Source: Acidimicrobiia bacterium (GTDB lineage: Bacteria; Actinomycetota; Acidimicrobiia; Acidimicrobiales; SZUA-35). From it: 64,000 nt of DNA. Below the pieces are notes generated by a model, which saw nothing but the letters and a program-made list of their open reading frames with translations, did not search any database and was not told the DNA's origin. Positions 45,710 through 54,331 of this stretch are shown piece after piece (position 1 is the stretch's first letter; the number at the start of each line of letters is the position of its first letter). The translations under genes were made by a program, and so were the position numbers. Where the stretch lies: positions 2,476 through 66,475 of the forward strand of contig JAOTVU010000001.1 of assembly GCA_029863385.1 (NCBI GenBank), given 5' to 3'.

Positions 45710-47451
45710 CGACCCTGTACCTCCCCTTCGATTCTCTCGATCAGCTCGGTCGCCAATCGGCCGGCCTGGTCGGGTGGCCAGCTCCGCATACGGGCCACCG
45801 CTTCGACGGTGCCGGCCGGAAGGGGGCGCCCCCGGTCGGCATCGGCTTCGGCGGCCTCGACCAATTCCTCGTGCAGATGGCGGATGACCCGGAGCATCCA
45901 GTACTGCTTGGTGAGTGGGCAGAAGGCATCGACCTCGTCGAACGCCGATTGTTGCAGGAAGTCCTCCCGCAGGGTCTGACCGGTCTGGAAGGTGACGAGC
46001 TCGGCCGGGGCGAGAGCCTCGACGCCGAGCAGTTGGACGATATTCTGCAGCTCCTCCTCCTGGGCCAGCAGGCCCAGCGCCCACTGCCGCTGGTCCTCCC
46101 AGTCGGCTGCGACGTGCTCGTCGAACCACGGGCCCAGCCGATACAGGGTATAGCTGCGGTTCCAGTTGATGGCCGGGAAGTGGCGACGGCGGGCCAGATC
46201 GCTGTCGAGCGACCAGAACGTACCGGCCAGACGGAGGCTGTACTGGGTGACGGGCTCGGAAAGGTCACCACCCGGTGGCGACACGGCGGCAACGATCGTG
46301 ATCGACCCGTCCCGGGGGCGGCCACCGAGGGAGGTTGTGGCCCCGGCCCGCTCGTAGAACTCGGCCAGGCGGGACGGGAGATAGGCCGGGTAGCCCTCCT
46401 CACCCGGCATCTCCTCCAGCCGGCTCGACACCTCCCGAAGTGCCTCGCCCCAGCGGCTGGTGGAATCGGCCAACAGGGCCACGTCGTAGCCCTGATCACG
46501 GTGATACTCGGCGATGGTCATGGCGGTGTAGATCGAGGCCTCCCGGGCCGCCACCGGCATGTTCGAGGTGTTGGCGATGAGGATGGTTCGCTCCATCAGG
46601 GACGCACCGGTCCGCGGATCCCGCAGACGGGGGAAATCCTCGAGCACGTCGGCCAGCTCGTTGCCTCGCTCGCCGCACCCGACATACACAATGACATCGG
46701 CGTCGCTCCATTTGGCCAGGGTCTGTTCGTGAACGGTCTTGCCCGTCCCGAATCCGCCCGGGATGGTGGCGCTGCCGCCTCGGGCCACGGGAAACAGGGT
46801 GTCGACCACACGCTGACCGGTGGTGAGGGGCACCGTGGGGTCGAGCCGGCGGGCCACCGGCCGGCTCTGGCGCACCGGCCACCGGGACAGCATGGCGATC
46901 GGCTGGTCGTCGACCCAGACCACCGGATCGACAACCGTTGCTCTGGCCGACCCGATCGCAGTGACCGTTCCGGCCAGCGGCGAGACGACCCGATGCTCGA
47001 TGGCGGCGGTCTCGGGAGTGGTGGCCACCACGTCGCCGACGTCGACCCGGTCGCCGACCGAGACCTGCGGGGTCACCTCCCAGACCCGATCCCGGTCCAG
47101 AGCGGGAGCCTCGACGCCCCGGGCGATGAAGGGTCCACCCGACCGCTCGCCGTCACCGGCCGAGAGCGTGGTGAGAGGCCGCTGCACACCGTCGAACACC
47201 TTGCCCATCAGGCCCGGTCCAAGCTCGACGGTGAGCGGCCCGCCGGTGTGGTGGACGGGAGAGCCGACGTTCAGCCCGCTCGTCTCCTCGTAGACCTGGA
47301 TCACCGCCCGGTTGTCGCTCAACCTGATCACCTCGCCGATCAGGTTCTGCTCACCGACCCGAACCACGTCGTAGAGCTGAGCCCGATCGAGACCGGTGGC
47401 CTCCACAACCGGGCCGGCGGCCCGAACGACGCGCCCGGGGGTGGCCGTCAT
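45706..47451 (-). CDS. atpA: A/V-type ATPase catalytic subunit A
   Basis: 581 aa. Walker [42 protein letters not shown] overlaps at both ends. Confidence 0.95.
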   Translation of the reverse strand: MTATPGRVVRAAGPVVEATGLDRAQLYDVVRVGEQNLIGEVIRLSDNRAVIQVYEETSGLNVGSPVHHTGGPLTVELGPGLMGKVFDGVQRPLTTLSAGDGERSGGPFIARGVEAPALDRDRVWEVTPQVSVGDRVDVGDVVATTPETAAIEHRVVSPLAGTVTAIGSARATVVDPVVWVDDQPIAMLSRWPVRQSRPVARRLDPTVPLTTGQRVVDTLFPVARGGSATIPGGFGTGKTVHEQTLAKWSDADVIVYVGCGERGNELADVLEDFPRLRDPRTGASLMERTILIANTSNMPVAAREASIYTAMTIAEYHRDQGYDVALLADSTSRWGEALREVSSRLEEMPGEEGYPAYLPSRLAEFYERAGATTSLGGRPRDGSITIVAAVSPPGGDLSEPVTQYSLRLAGTFWSLDSDLARRRHFPAINWNRSYTLYRLGPWFDEHVAADWEDQRQWALGLLAQEEELQNIVQLLGVEALAPAELVTFQTGQTLREDFLQQSAFDEVDAFCPLTKQYWMLRVIRHLHEELVEAAEADADRGRPLPAGTVEAVARMRSWPPDQAGRLATELIERIEGEVQGR

Positions 47452-47804
47452 GTCCCGGCCTCTTGGGGGAAGGAGATGTGGTAGCCGATGGCCCGCTCCA
47501 GCATTGCTGCGATTCGGGCCCGGTGGGTCCCGGCGTCGGCTCGCTCGAGACCTGCCGGGAGCGGCATCACGATCGGTTCGGTCGAGCGCTCGTAACGCTC
47601 CTGTGTTGCGGCTTCGAGCTCGGCGTGGAAGGGGGCGTAGACCCCGGCAATGCCCCGCTCCCCGCCACCGATCAGGGCGTCCACGATCGCCTCCGCCGCC
47701 GCGGCATCGGCCGCCTCCTGGACGACAACCCCGGCCAGGCGGAAACCGCCGGCCAGCTCCGGCGGCACCACCACCGTCAACAGTCCCGTCGGCGCCGTCA
47801 CCAT
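47448..47804 (-). CDS. atpF: A/V-type ATPase subunit F
   Basis: 118 aa. GFRLAG motif and the operon position immediately upstream of A. Confidence 0.8.
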   Translation of the reverse strand: MVTAPTGLLTVVVPPELAGGFRLAGVVVQEAADAAAAEAIVDALIGGGERGIAGVYAPFHAELEAATQERYERSTEPIVMPLPAGLERADAGTHRARIAAMLERAIGYHISFPQEAGT

Positions 47805-48901
47805 GGGAAGAGATCCTCCTCGACCTCGTTGAGCGGCAGCCGGTGGACCAGCGCCCGTCCGACGAGGCGGATGTTACGGGCTTCGCACTCCTTGGCCGAG
47901 GCGTAGGCGATGGGGATGGAGATCCCCAACGGATCGCCCCGGCCGAACAACCCGATGGCTCGACCGGCCAGTGCCCGTTCGAGCCTTCCGGCCAGACCGG
48001 CGAGATCGTCATCGCTGCTCCATTGCTCGAAGGCCCCCGACCAGCCCTCCGGAAGCCGGTGACCGGCCAGAGCGGCAACCAACTGCGCCCTGTCGGACGC
48101 CCGATGGACCTCATCCAGAACCCGGGGACGGAGCGTACCCCCCACTAGGAGGGTGTCCTCGGGGTCGGTCGGGGCCGGTCCCTCGTCGTCGCGCCGGCGC
48201 AGGGTCGAGAGCAGGTTGAGCAGGTCGATCTCGCTCCTGAGGATCTCCTCCAGGTCGCTTCCTTCCCAGTCGCCGAGGGCGTCGTCGACCGACTCGGCCC
48301 AGGCTCGCTGGAGCACCTCCTCCAGCACCATTGGATCGTTGCTGGCCGCGTAGCGCGGCCACTCGGCCAGCAGCCGTCGCGAGGTGCGGCGCGACGGGAG
48401 ATCCCAGGCCACCATCAACTCGATGGCCGATCTCAGCGACGGCTGGGAGGCCAGCTCGGCCAACGGGCCGGCACCGACTGTTCCGGCCGGAACAACCAGC
48501 GAGTCGAGTTCCCGATAGACGGTCGGGCGGGCCGTGGTGCGAACGATCGTCACCAGGTTGTGGCGGTCCCAGCGGCCGAGCAGCAACTCGATCCCGGCCG
48601 CCGCCCGCCCCTCGTAGAACCGGCGTAGGTCGCCCAGCGAACGCACGAGGTGATGCCGCACCGTCTCGTCGATCCGCCGCAAGGGGCCTCGGTGGACCAG
48701 GGCCCGCTCGAGATCCCGCTCATAGGCGGTGGAGCGCAGCGCCCCCAGCATGCGGTCGGCGCTTCCGGCGGCGTACAGCTCCCTGAAGTCCTTGCCGTCG
48801 AGCAGCTGGGCCCGCCGGGCTCGCAGGCGGGCATTGCCGTAGTCGAACCCGGATCCGGGCACGGCCCCACGCAAGGCGATCGGCCTCGAATTGTTCGTCA
48901 C
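47798..48901 (-). CDS. atpC: A/V-type ATPase subunit C (eukaryotic d-like)
   Basis: About 367 aa, all-helical. DYGNARLRARRAQLL N-terminus typical of subunit C. GTG 48901 overlaps the E stop (GTGA). The rest of the 719-aa track ORF was rejected. Confidence 0.75.
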   Translation of the reverse strand: MTNNSRPIALRGAVPGSGFDYGNARLRARRAQLLDGKDFRELYAAGSADRMLGALRSTAYERDLERALVHRGPLRRIDETVRHHLVRSLGDLRRFYEGRAAAGIELLLGRWDRHNLVTIVRTTARPTVYRELDSLVVPAGTVGAGPLAELASQPSLRSAIELMVAWDLPSRRTSRRLLAEWPRYAASNDPMVLEEVLQRAWAESVDDALGDWEGSDLEEILRSEIDLLNLLSTLRRRDDEGPAPTDPEDTLLVGGTLRPRVLDEVHRASDRAQLVAALAGHRLPEGWSGAFEQWSSDDDLAGLAGRLERALAGRAIGLFGRGDPLGISIPIAYASAKECEARNIRLVGRALVHRLPLNEVEEDLFPW

Positions 48902-49488
48902 GTCGCCCCCTCGTCCGAGAGTTGACCGGCGACCAGCTGTCGGAGCAACCGGTCGGCCCTCTCCAGGCGAGACTCGAAGGTGTTGTGCAGCACGCGGCCG
49001 TCGGCGGTTCTGAGCTCGAGCCCACCCCAACGGGGTGAACTCGCCGTCACCTCGACCCCGGCCCGGTCGCGCTCGGCCAGCAGTGATTCCACCAGTTCGA
49101 CGTCGGCCGGATCGACGTCGACCCGGGTGGCGTCGGGGAGCAGGGACAGCGCCTCGTCGAGCAGGCGAGCCAGGATCGTCGGGTACGATCCTGTTCCTCG
49201 AAGTGAGGACAGCCGGGTCCGCAGATCGACCAGGGCCTCCTGGTAGGCGGTTTCGACCGCCTCGAGTGAGGCCCGCCGGGCCTCCAGCCGTGCTCGATCG
49301 ACAAGCCGAGCCGCCTCCTGCTCGGCCACCCGGGACCGACCTGCGGCCGCGTCCTGTTCGACCCGGGTCGCCTCGGCCCGTGCTTTGTCCTCGAGCGCGG
49401 CCACCCGCCGGGCGGCCGTGTCCTCCAACTCGCCGATGACGTTCTCGCCGTCGGATTCGATGCTGGCCAGGATGGCGTCGAGTGCCAC
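48898..49488 (-). CDS. atpE: A/V-type ATPase subunit E (peripheral stalk)
   Basis: 196 aa. Long N-terminal charged coiled coil plus a globular C-terminal domain. GTG start abuts the K stop. Confidence 0.8.
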   Translation of the reverse strand: MALDAILASIESDGENVIGELEDTAARRVAALEDKARAEATRVEQDAAAGRSRVAEQEAARLVDRARLEARRASLEAVETAYQEALVDLRTRLSSLRGTGSYPTILARLLDEALSLLPDATRVDVDPADVELVESLLAERDRAGVEVTASSPRWGGLELRTADGRVLHNTFESRLERADRLLRQLVAGQLSDEGAT

Positions 49489-49710
49489 TCAGCCTCCAAG
49501 AAGCACGATGATCATGGCCGCCACTGCGAACCCGAGGATGACCAGGGTCTCGGGAATGGCGACCAGCAGGATGATGCGGCCGGTCAGTTCGGGATTCTCG
49601 GCGATGGCGCCGATCCCGGACGAGCCGATCCTGCCCTGTGCGTAGCCTGTGGCCAGGGCGGCCAGGCCAACTGCAATGCCGGCTCCGATAGCCAATAGTC
49701 CGGCTTCCAT
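49489..49710 (-). CDS. atpK: A/V-type ATPase proteolipid subunit K (c), single hairpin
   Basis: 73 aa. Two TM helices joined by the ENPE loop, carboxylate in IPETLVILGF. Strong SD AAGGAGGA. Confidence 0.9.
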   Translation of the reverse strand: MEAGLLAIGAGIAVGLAALATGYAQGRIGSSGIGAIAENPELTGRIILLVAIPETLVILGFAVAAMIIVLLGG

Positions 49711-49808
49711 GGGATCCTCCTTTGTCGGTTTGGTCTTCTGAAGTGACCGGTCGATGTGACTGGTCGTTGTACTTGGTCGGTTCGACTGTTGGTGTGGGTC
49801 GGTGGATG

Positions 49809-51722
49809 TCAGGAGTCGGGGTTGAGCTGCTCGACCGGTGGGTCGGCGTTGTTGTCGCCGCCGAACGCGCTGAACTCCTCACCCCCTTCTTCATAGAACT
49901 TGCTGAAGAACTCGACGTAGTGGAGCCGCAACGCCTGGATGGTTGGGCTGAAGACACCGAGGGCGAGATTGAGGGTGTGGAACAGGGTGCCGATCAGTAT
50001 CCCCACCAACAACGGGGCGGTGGCTCCGAGGTCGTTGGCCACCCTGGCCAGGAACACCGAGGCCAGCCCGATGGCCGCGATCCGCAGATACGAGAGCACA
50101 TTGCCCAATGCCCCGATGAGTTCGAGCGGGCCCATGACCAGACCCATCGCTCCCCCGCTGGCCATCATCACCACCAGCCCGATGACAACGGCCACCATAC
50201 CGGGGGTGACAAAACCGGCCGGCAGTTGCTCGGCCACCGCCAGCACGATCAGGAACGAGCCGGACAGGGCAACCAGCAGGGCGATGCGCTCGACGAGCTT
50301 GCTGGACTGCGCAGTAACCGCCGCCCTCCAGATCCCGAGTAGCACCCCGAGCACGACATGGACGGCCCCGATACCGAGGGACAGTACGAGCAATGGCTCG
50401 AGGGCCTCCTCCCGGTTGACCCAGATCGGCTCGAGGTCGAACAGGCGGTGGCCGAGATCGCCCAGGAACTCGCCGTAGATCACGCCCCAGACCATCGACC
50501 ACACGGCGGCCAGGACCAGGATGCGGCTCACGTCTCGCACCGCCCCCGGTCGGTTGCCGAAGCGGCGCCCGACCACCAGTGCGATCACCAGCAGGGCCGC
50601 GCCGTAGGCGATGTCGCCGAGCATGATGCCGATGAAGAGCGGCATGAAGGCCAGCATCAGCAGTGTCGGGTCGAACCCGCCGTAGACGGGGATCGCCAAC
50701 AACCGGAGGAAGAGCTCGAACGGCCGGGCCACAGCGGGGTTGTCGAGCAGTACCGGCGGGCTGTCCGACTGGCCGGGCGGGCTGTCGAGCAGCACCGTCG
50801 AGCCTCCCGCCGTTTCGGCCAGCGCCGCCCTCACCTCCGCCAGCCGTGGGGTTGGCACCCAGCCGCAGACGACGAAGGTGTGGGAGGTGGCCCCCATCAG
50901 CCGAACCGCGGCCAGCTGGTCCATGCGGGCCGCCAGCTGGCCGCTGGCCACCACCCAGCTGCCGTGGGGGGCAACCAGCCGCTGTATCCTGTCCCGCCGG
51001 TCCTCGAGCTCGGCCGGCAGCTCGTCCAGCCGGCGCTGCATCGCGGCCAGAGCCCGGCGGAAGGGGAGCCCGCTGAAGCGTTGCGGCAGACGGACCCGGC
51101 TCAGCTGCTCCCGGCCCAGCAGCGAGGCCACGTCCTGGGACCGGCGCTGGGGGAACACGATGAGGGCGCCGATGGTGTCGGCGTCAACCCGATCGGAGAT
51201 GATCTCGAAGTTCCCGTCCAGCAATTCACCCAGCTCGACGTCGAGCGCGGCCAACACGTCGGGAAAGTGGCTGTCGATCAAGACCGCAGAAGTCTCGTAT
51301 CCCTCGGTGATGGTCGCCTCCGGGAGCAGGGGGAGCAGCCGTCCAAGGGCGGCGATGTGTCGAGGCAGGTTGTCCTGCTCGGCCGTCAGTTCCTCCATCT
51401 CGATCACCAACCGCTCGATTTCCGGACCGACCGCATCGAGTTCTCGTCTGATCTCGTCGAGATCGATCGTGGGAGCGGGCGACGGCACCGGCGGTGGTTC
51501 GGGCAGCAGGGCAAGCAGCGAGTCGATGCGGGCCCGGAGCAGGCGGGCCTCATGGAGTTCGGCCAGCTGCTCGTCGTCGACCCCGAGCGGCGGGAGGTGA
51601 ACCTCGTGATCGGCGGTGACATCGATGAGATGGACGACGTGGAGGGCGTGCAGCCGTGCCACCACCTCATCGAGGTGGCGACGGTGGCCGATCACGTGGA
51701 CCTTCGTCATGTCGACGAGCAT
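49809..51722 (-). CDS. atpI: A/V-type ATPase subunit I (a)
   Basis: 637 aa. Soluble coiled-coil N-terminal half and a polytopic C-terminal half with conserved Arg in LSYLRIAAIGLAS. Confidence 0.9.
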   Translation of the reverse strand: MLVDMTKVHVIGHRRHLDEVVARLHALHVVHLIDVTADHEVHLPPLGVDDEQLAELHEARLLRARIDSLLALLPEPPPVPSPAPTIDLDEIRRELDAVGPEIERLVIEMEELTAEQDNLPRHIAALGRLLPLLPEATITEGYETSAVLIDSHFPDVLAALDVELGELLDGNFEIISDRVDADTIGALIVFPQRRSQDVASLLGREQLSRVRLPQRFSGLPFRRALAAMQRRLDELPAELEDRRDRIQRLVAPHGSWVVASGQLAARMDQLAAVRLMGATSHTFVVCGWVPTPRLAEVRAALAETAGGSTVLLDSPPGQSDSPPVLLDNPAVARPFELFLRLLAIPVYGGFDPTLLMLAFMPLFIGIMLGDIAYGAALLVIALVVGRRFGNRPGAVRDVSRILVLAAVWSMVWGVIYGEFLGDLGHRLFDLEPIWVNREEALEPLLVLSLGIGAVHVVLGVLLGIWRAAVTAQSSKLVERIALLVALSGSFLIVLAVAEQLPAGFVTPGMVAVVIGLVVMMASGGAMGLVMGPLELIGALGNVLSYLRIAAIGLASVFLARVANDLGATAPLLVGILIGTLFHTLNLALGVFSPTIQALRLHYVEFFSKFYEEGGEEFSAFGGDNNADPPVEQLNPDS

Positions 51723-52105
51723 CGGCCCTCCTCCGTCGGGATCTGCACCACGAGAGCCACCATGTCATCAAGCCGCTCGGTCAGGCGGGGCCGCAGGGTC
51801 TCCAGCAGGCGGTCGGCCTCGTGCCGACCCTCTCGCCGGATCCGGTCGGCCTCCTCGCCGACGGTGGCAAGCCGCTCACGGTGGTGGGCCTCGGCCTGCT
51901 CGACTCCCCGTTTGCGAGCCTCGACGACAGCGGCGTCGGCTGCGGCCTGGGCCTCGGTCACACGGGCTTCGGCCGCCGCCTTGGCCTCCTCGATCCGGCG
52001 GACCATCTCCCGCTCCGCCTCGCGTATCGTGGCCAGCATTGTCGCCACCCGAGGCTGCTCGACAGCGCCGGGCAGACCGTCGTTGCGCCGGGTCGCGTCG
52101 TTCAT
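51707..52105 (-). CDS. A/V-type ATPase peripheral-stalk protein (G/H-like coiled coil)
   Basis: 132 aa, Ala/Glu/Arg-rich heptad-like sequence (IREAEREMVRRIEEAKAAAEARVTEAQ..). ATGA overlap with the D stop. Embedded in a 369-aa track ORF whose upstream part is rejected. Confidence 0.55.
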   Translation of the reverse strand: MNDATRRNDGLPGAVEQPRVATMLATIREAEREMVRRIEEAKAAAEARVTEAQAAADAAVVEARKRGVEQAEAHHRERLATVGEEADRIRREGRHEADRLLETLRPRLTERLDDMVALVVQIPTEEGRCSST

Positions 52106-52749
52106 CGTCGGGCCCCCTGGGCGAGGCGAGCCGCCCGCTTTCGGGCCGATCGCTTGAGCCGGAACCGGTCCTGGCGCTCGCGTTCGTCGAGCACGGATCT
52201 GATCCAGGCACAGTCGCTCCGGAGTCCTGGGATCACCATCGTTTCGAGGGCGTTGACTCGCCGGGTTGTGGTGCGAACCTCGTCCACGAGTCGCCGCAGC
52301 CGTAGCTCGTACCGGGCGTATTCGAGGAATCGGTCGATGGCCACCTCGAAGCCTTTGGCGGCCTCGTCGATGCGAGGGCTGCTGCCGGCCATCGAGTAGC
52401 CGCGGCCGGTGCGGGGCCGGCCGGCCGGTTCGGCCAGGATCTGCACGATACGCACACCCATGACCGTCGACGTCCGGGTCGTGGTCAGCAGCTGACGCCC
52501 ACCGGCACCGGCCGCCGATCCCACCTGCTCGGGACCGTCGAGGGCCTCGGCCAGAGCGAGGGCCCTCCTCCCGTTGGCAAGCGCCGCGTCGAGGGCCTCG
52601 CTGCTGGTGAGGATGTCGTCCCCGGTCTCCCGCAGCTCCTTCATCAGCTGCTCTCGTTTCTCGCGAAGAACATCGCGGCCGCGAACCGCCATGGCGATCT
52701 GCGCGTTGCGGGCCAGCAGCTCCGATCGGGTTGCGGTGACTCGCTCCAT
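52102..52749 (-). CDS. atpD: A/V-type ATPase central-stalk subunit D
   Basis: 215 aa. N-terminus RVTATRSELLARNAQIAMAVRGRDVLREKREQL and C-terminal RERQDRFRLKR are typical of subunit D. Confidence 0.9.
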   Translation of the reverse strand: MERVTATRSELLARNAQIAMAVRGRDVLREKREQLMKELRETGDDILTSSEALDAALANGRRALALAEALDGPEQVGSAAGAGGRQLLTTTRTSTVMGVRIVQILAEPAGRPRTGRGYSMAGSSPRIDEAAKGFEVAIDRFLEYARYELRLRRLVDEVRTTTRRVNALETMVIPGLRSDCAWIRSVLDERERQDRFRLKRSARKRAARLAQGARR

Positions 52750-52751
52750 CG

Positions 52752-52892
52752 TCAGTCCATCCCCACGCAGCCGACCGCGGCGTCGATGGGGCCGTTGTCG
52801 TCAAAGCCAGCGGCACCGGGCGCCCATACTGCAGCGCCGGTCACGATCGTGTCGAGGATCGCCATACCCCGTCTGGAGATGAGGTTCTTCAT
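52752..52892 (-). CDS. small ORF (46 aa) ending 2 nt upstream of atpD; hypothetical
   Basis: MKNLISRRGMAILDTIVTGAAVWAPGAAGFDDNGPIDAAVGCVGMD. G/C-biased third codon positions, GAGGTG about 10 nt upstream of the ATG, no recognisable family. May instead be untranslated leader. Confidence 0.25.
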   Translation of the reverse strand: MKNLISRRGMAILDTIVTGAAVWAPGAAGFDDNGPIDAAVGCVGMD

Positions 52893-53107
52893 GAGTCTCA
52901 GCACCTCGACCAACGTCGTCCTACCAGGCACCATCCAGTCCAAGGACAGATATGACGGAACCCGCCTCCTTGTCTCATCCAAGCAAGCTGGGCGAAGACC
53001 CCCAAGAGGCTTAGGTCCTGATCCGTCCGCCTGATCGTTGTGGGGCTCGCACGTGTCGAAACCACGGCGGCTCGACCCACTCCCCCGACGGGCGCCCGGC
53101 CGGCTCG

Positions 53108-54331
53108 TTAGTCGAGGTAGTCGCGGAGACGGTCGCTACGAAGCGGGTGGCGAAGTTTGGCCAGCGTCTTCGACTCGATCTGACGGATCCGCTCCCGGGT
53201 CACGCCGAACTCCTTGCCGACCTCCTCCAGGGTACGGGGCCGGCCGTCGTCCAAGCCGAATCTCAGGCGAACGACCTCGGCCTCCCTTTCCGACAAATCG
53301 TCGAGTACGTCCTTGACCGCCTGCTCCAAGAGTTTTCGGGCCGCCACGTCGAGCGGTGCGGCGCCCTGGTCGGCGATGAAGTCGGCCATCGACGTGTCGT
53401 CCTCGTCGCCGACCGGGCTGTCGAGCGACAGCGGATCCTGGGAGGCGATGCGCAGGATCTCCTCCACCTTCTCCGGCGGAAGATCAACTTCCTTGGCCAG
53501 CTCGGGCACGGTGGGGTCACGCTCCAGGCGGGACCCGAGCATGCGTTGTGCCCGCAGCACCTTGTTGATCGACTCGACCATGTGCACCGGCACGCGAATG
53601 GTGCGGGACTGATCGGCGATCGCCCGCGTGATGGCCTGCCGGATCCACCAGGTGGCGTAGGTCGAGAACTTGAAGCCCTTCGTGTAGTCGAACTTCTGCA
53701 CCGCCCGCATGAGCCCCAGGTTTCCCTCCTGGATCAGGTCGAGAATCTGTACGCCCCTGCCAACATGACGCTTGGCGATCGACACCACAAGCCGCAGATT
53801 GGCCGCGGTCAGATCCTGGGCCGCAGCCTCGCCGTCGGCTACCGCCTGCCGGTGGCGGCGCTGCTGGTCGGTCGACATGGTCTGCCACTCGCCGCTTTCG
53901 ATCAGCTCGGTCATCCGGTCGGCCGCCGCCGAGCCGGACTCGATCCTCTTGGCCAGCGACACCTCTTCAGCTGCGCTGAGCAGCGGAACCTTGCCGATCT
54001 CCTTGAGGTACATGCGAACCGGGTCCGACGAACCGCTGGCCCGGGCCATGGCGGCCGCTGCGGCCTGAGCGGGATCGACGGTACGACGTCGGCGGCGGAC
54101 CCGGTAGCCGTCGAGTTCGCTGACGTCCACCGGCTCCTCGTCGAACGGGATCGAGTTGGCGGCCATGAAATCACGGAGCTCTTCCAATACACCAGGGCTC
54201 AATTCGACCCGGGGCATAACGGCAACCACGTCCTCCATGTTGAGGGGACGGCCGGCTTTGGCCCGCAGCAACAACCGAGGCGCGTACTCCTCGATCGTCG
54301 ACCACGTCGATTGCGCCGGCTTCTCGGTCAA
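53108..54331 (-). CDS. rpoD: primary RNA polymerase sigma-70 factor
   Basis: Regions 2-4 are intact ([56 protein letters not shown]; [23 protein letters not shown]). TTG start overlaps the dnaG stop (TTGA). Confidence 0.95.
   Translation of the reverse strand: MTEKPAQSTWSTIEEYAPRLLLRAKAGRPLNMEDVVAVMPRVELSPGVLEELRDFMAANSIPFDEEPVDVSELDGYRVRRRRRTVDPAQAAAAAMARASGSSDPVRMYLKEIGKVPLLSAAEEVSLAKRIESGSAAADRMTELIESGEWQTMSTDQQRRHRQAVADGEAAAQDLTAANLRLVVSIAKRHVGRGVQILDLIQEGNLGLMRAVQKFDYTKGFKFSTYATWWIRQAITRAIADQSRTIRVPVHMVESINKVLRAQRMLGSRLERDPTVPELAKEVDLPPEKVEEILRIASQDPLSLDSPVGDEDDTSMADFIADQGAAPLDVAARKLLEQAVKDVLDDLSEREAEVVRLRFGLDDGRPRTLEEVGKEFGVTRERIRQIESKTLAKLRHPLRSDRLRDYLD

Noticed and set aside
45710-46129. 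140-aa N-terminal extension of the atpB track ORF (similar extensions exist on atpA up to 48114 and atpC up to 49957)
   Set aside because: The extensions are Arg/Gly/Pro-rich, overlap the upstream subunit genes in another frame, and precede canonical subunit N-termini whose start codons form ATGA/GTGA overlaps with the upstream stops.
50358-52157. 599-aa plus-strand ORF and the 369-aa minus ORF 51707..52816
   Set aside because: The plus ORF is antisense to atpI and the stalk gene. In the 369-aa minus ORF only the last 132 aa (coiled coil, ATGA-coupled to atpD) look real, and the remainder overlaps atpD out of frame.
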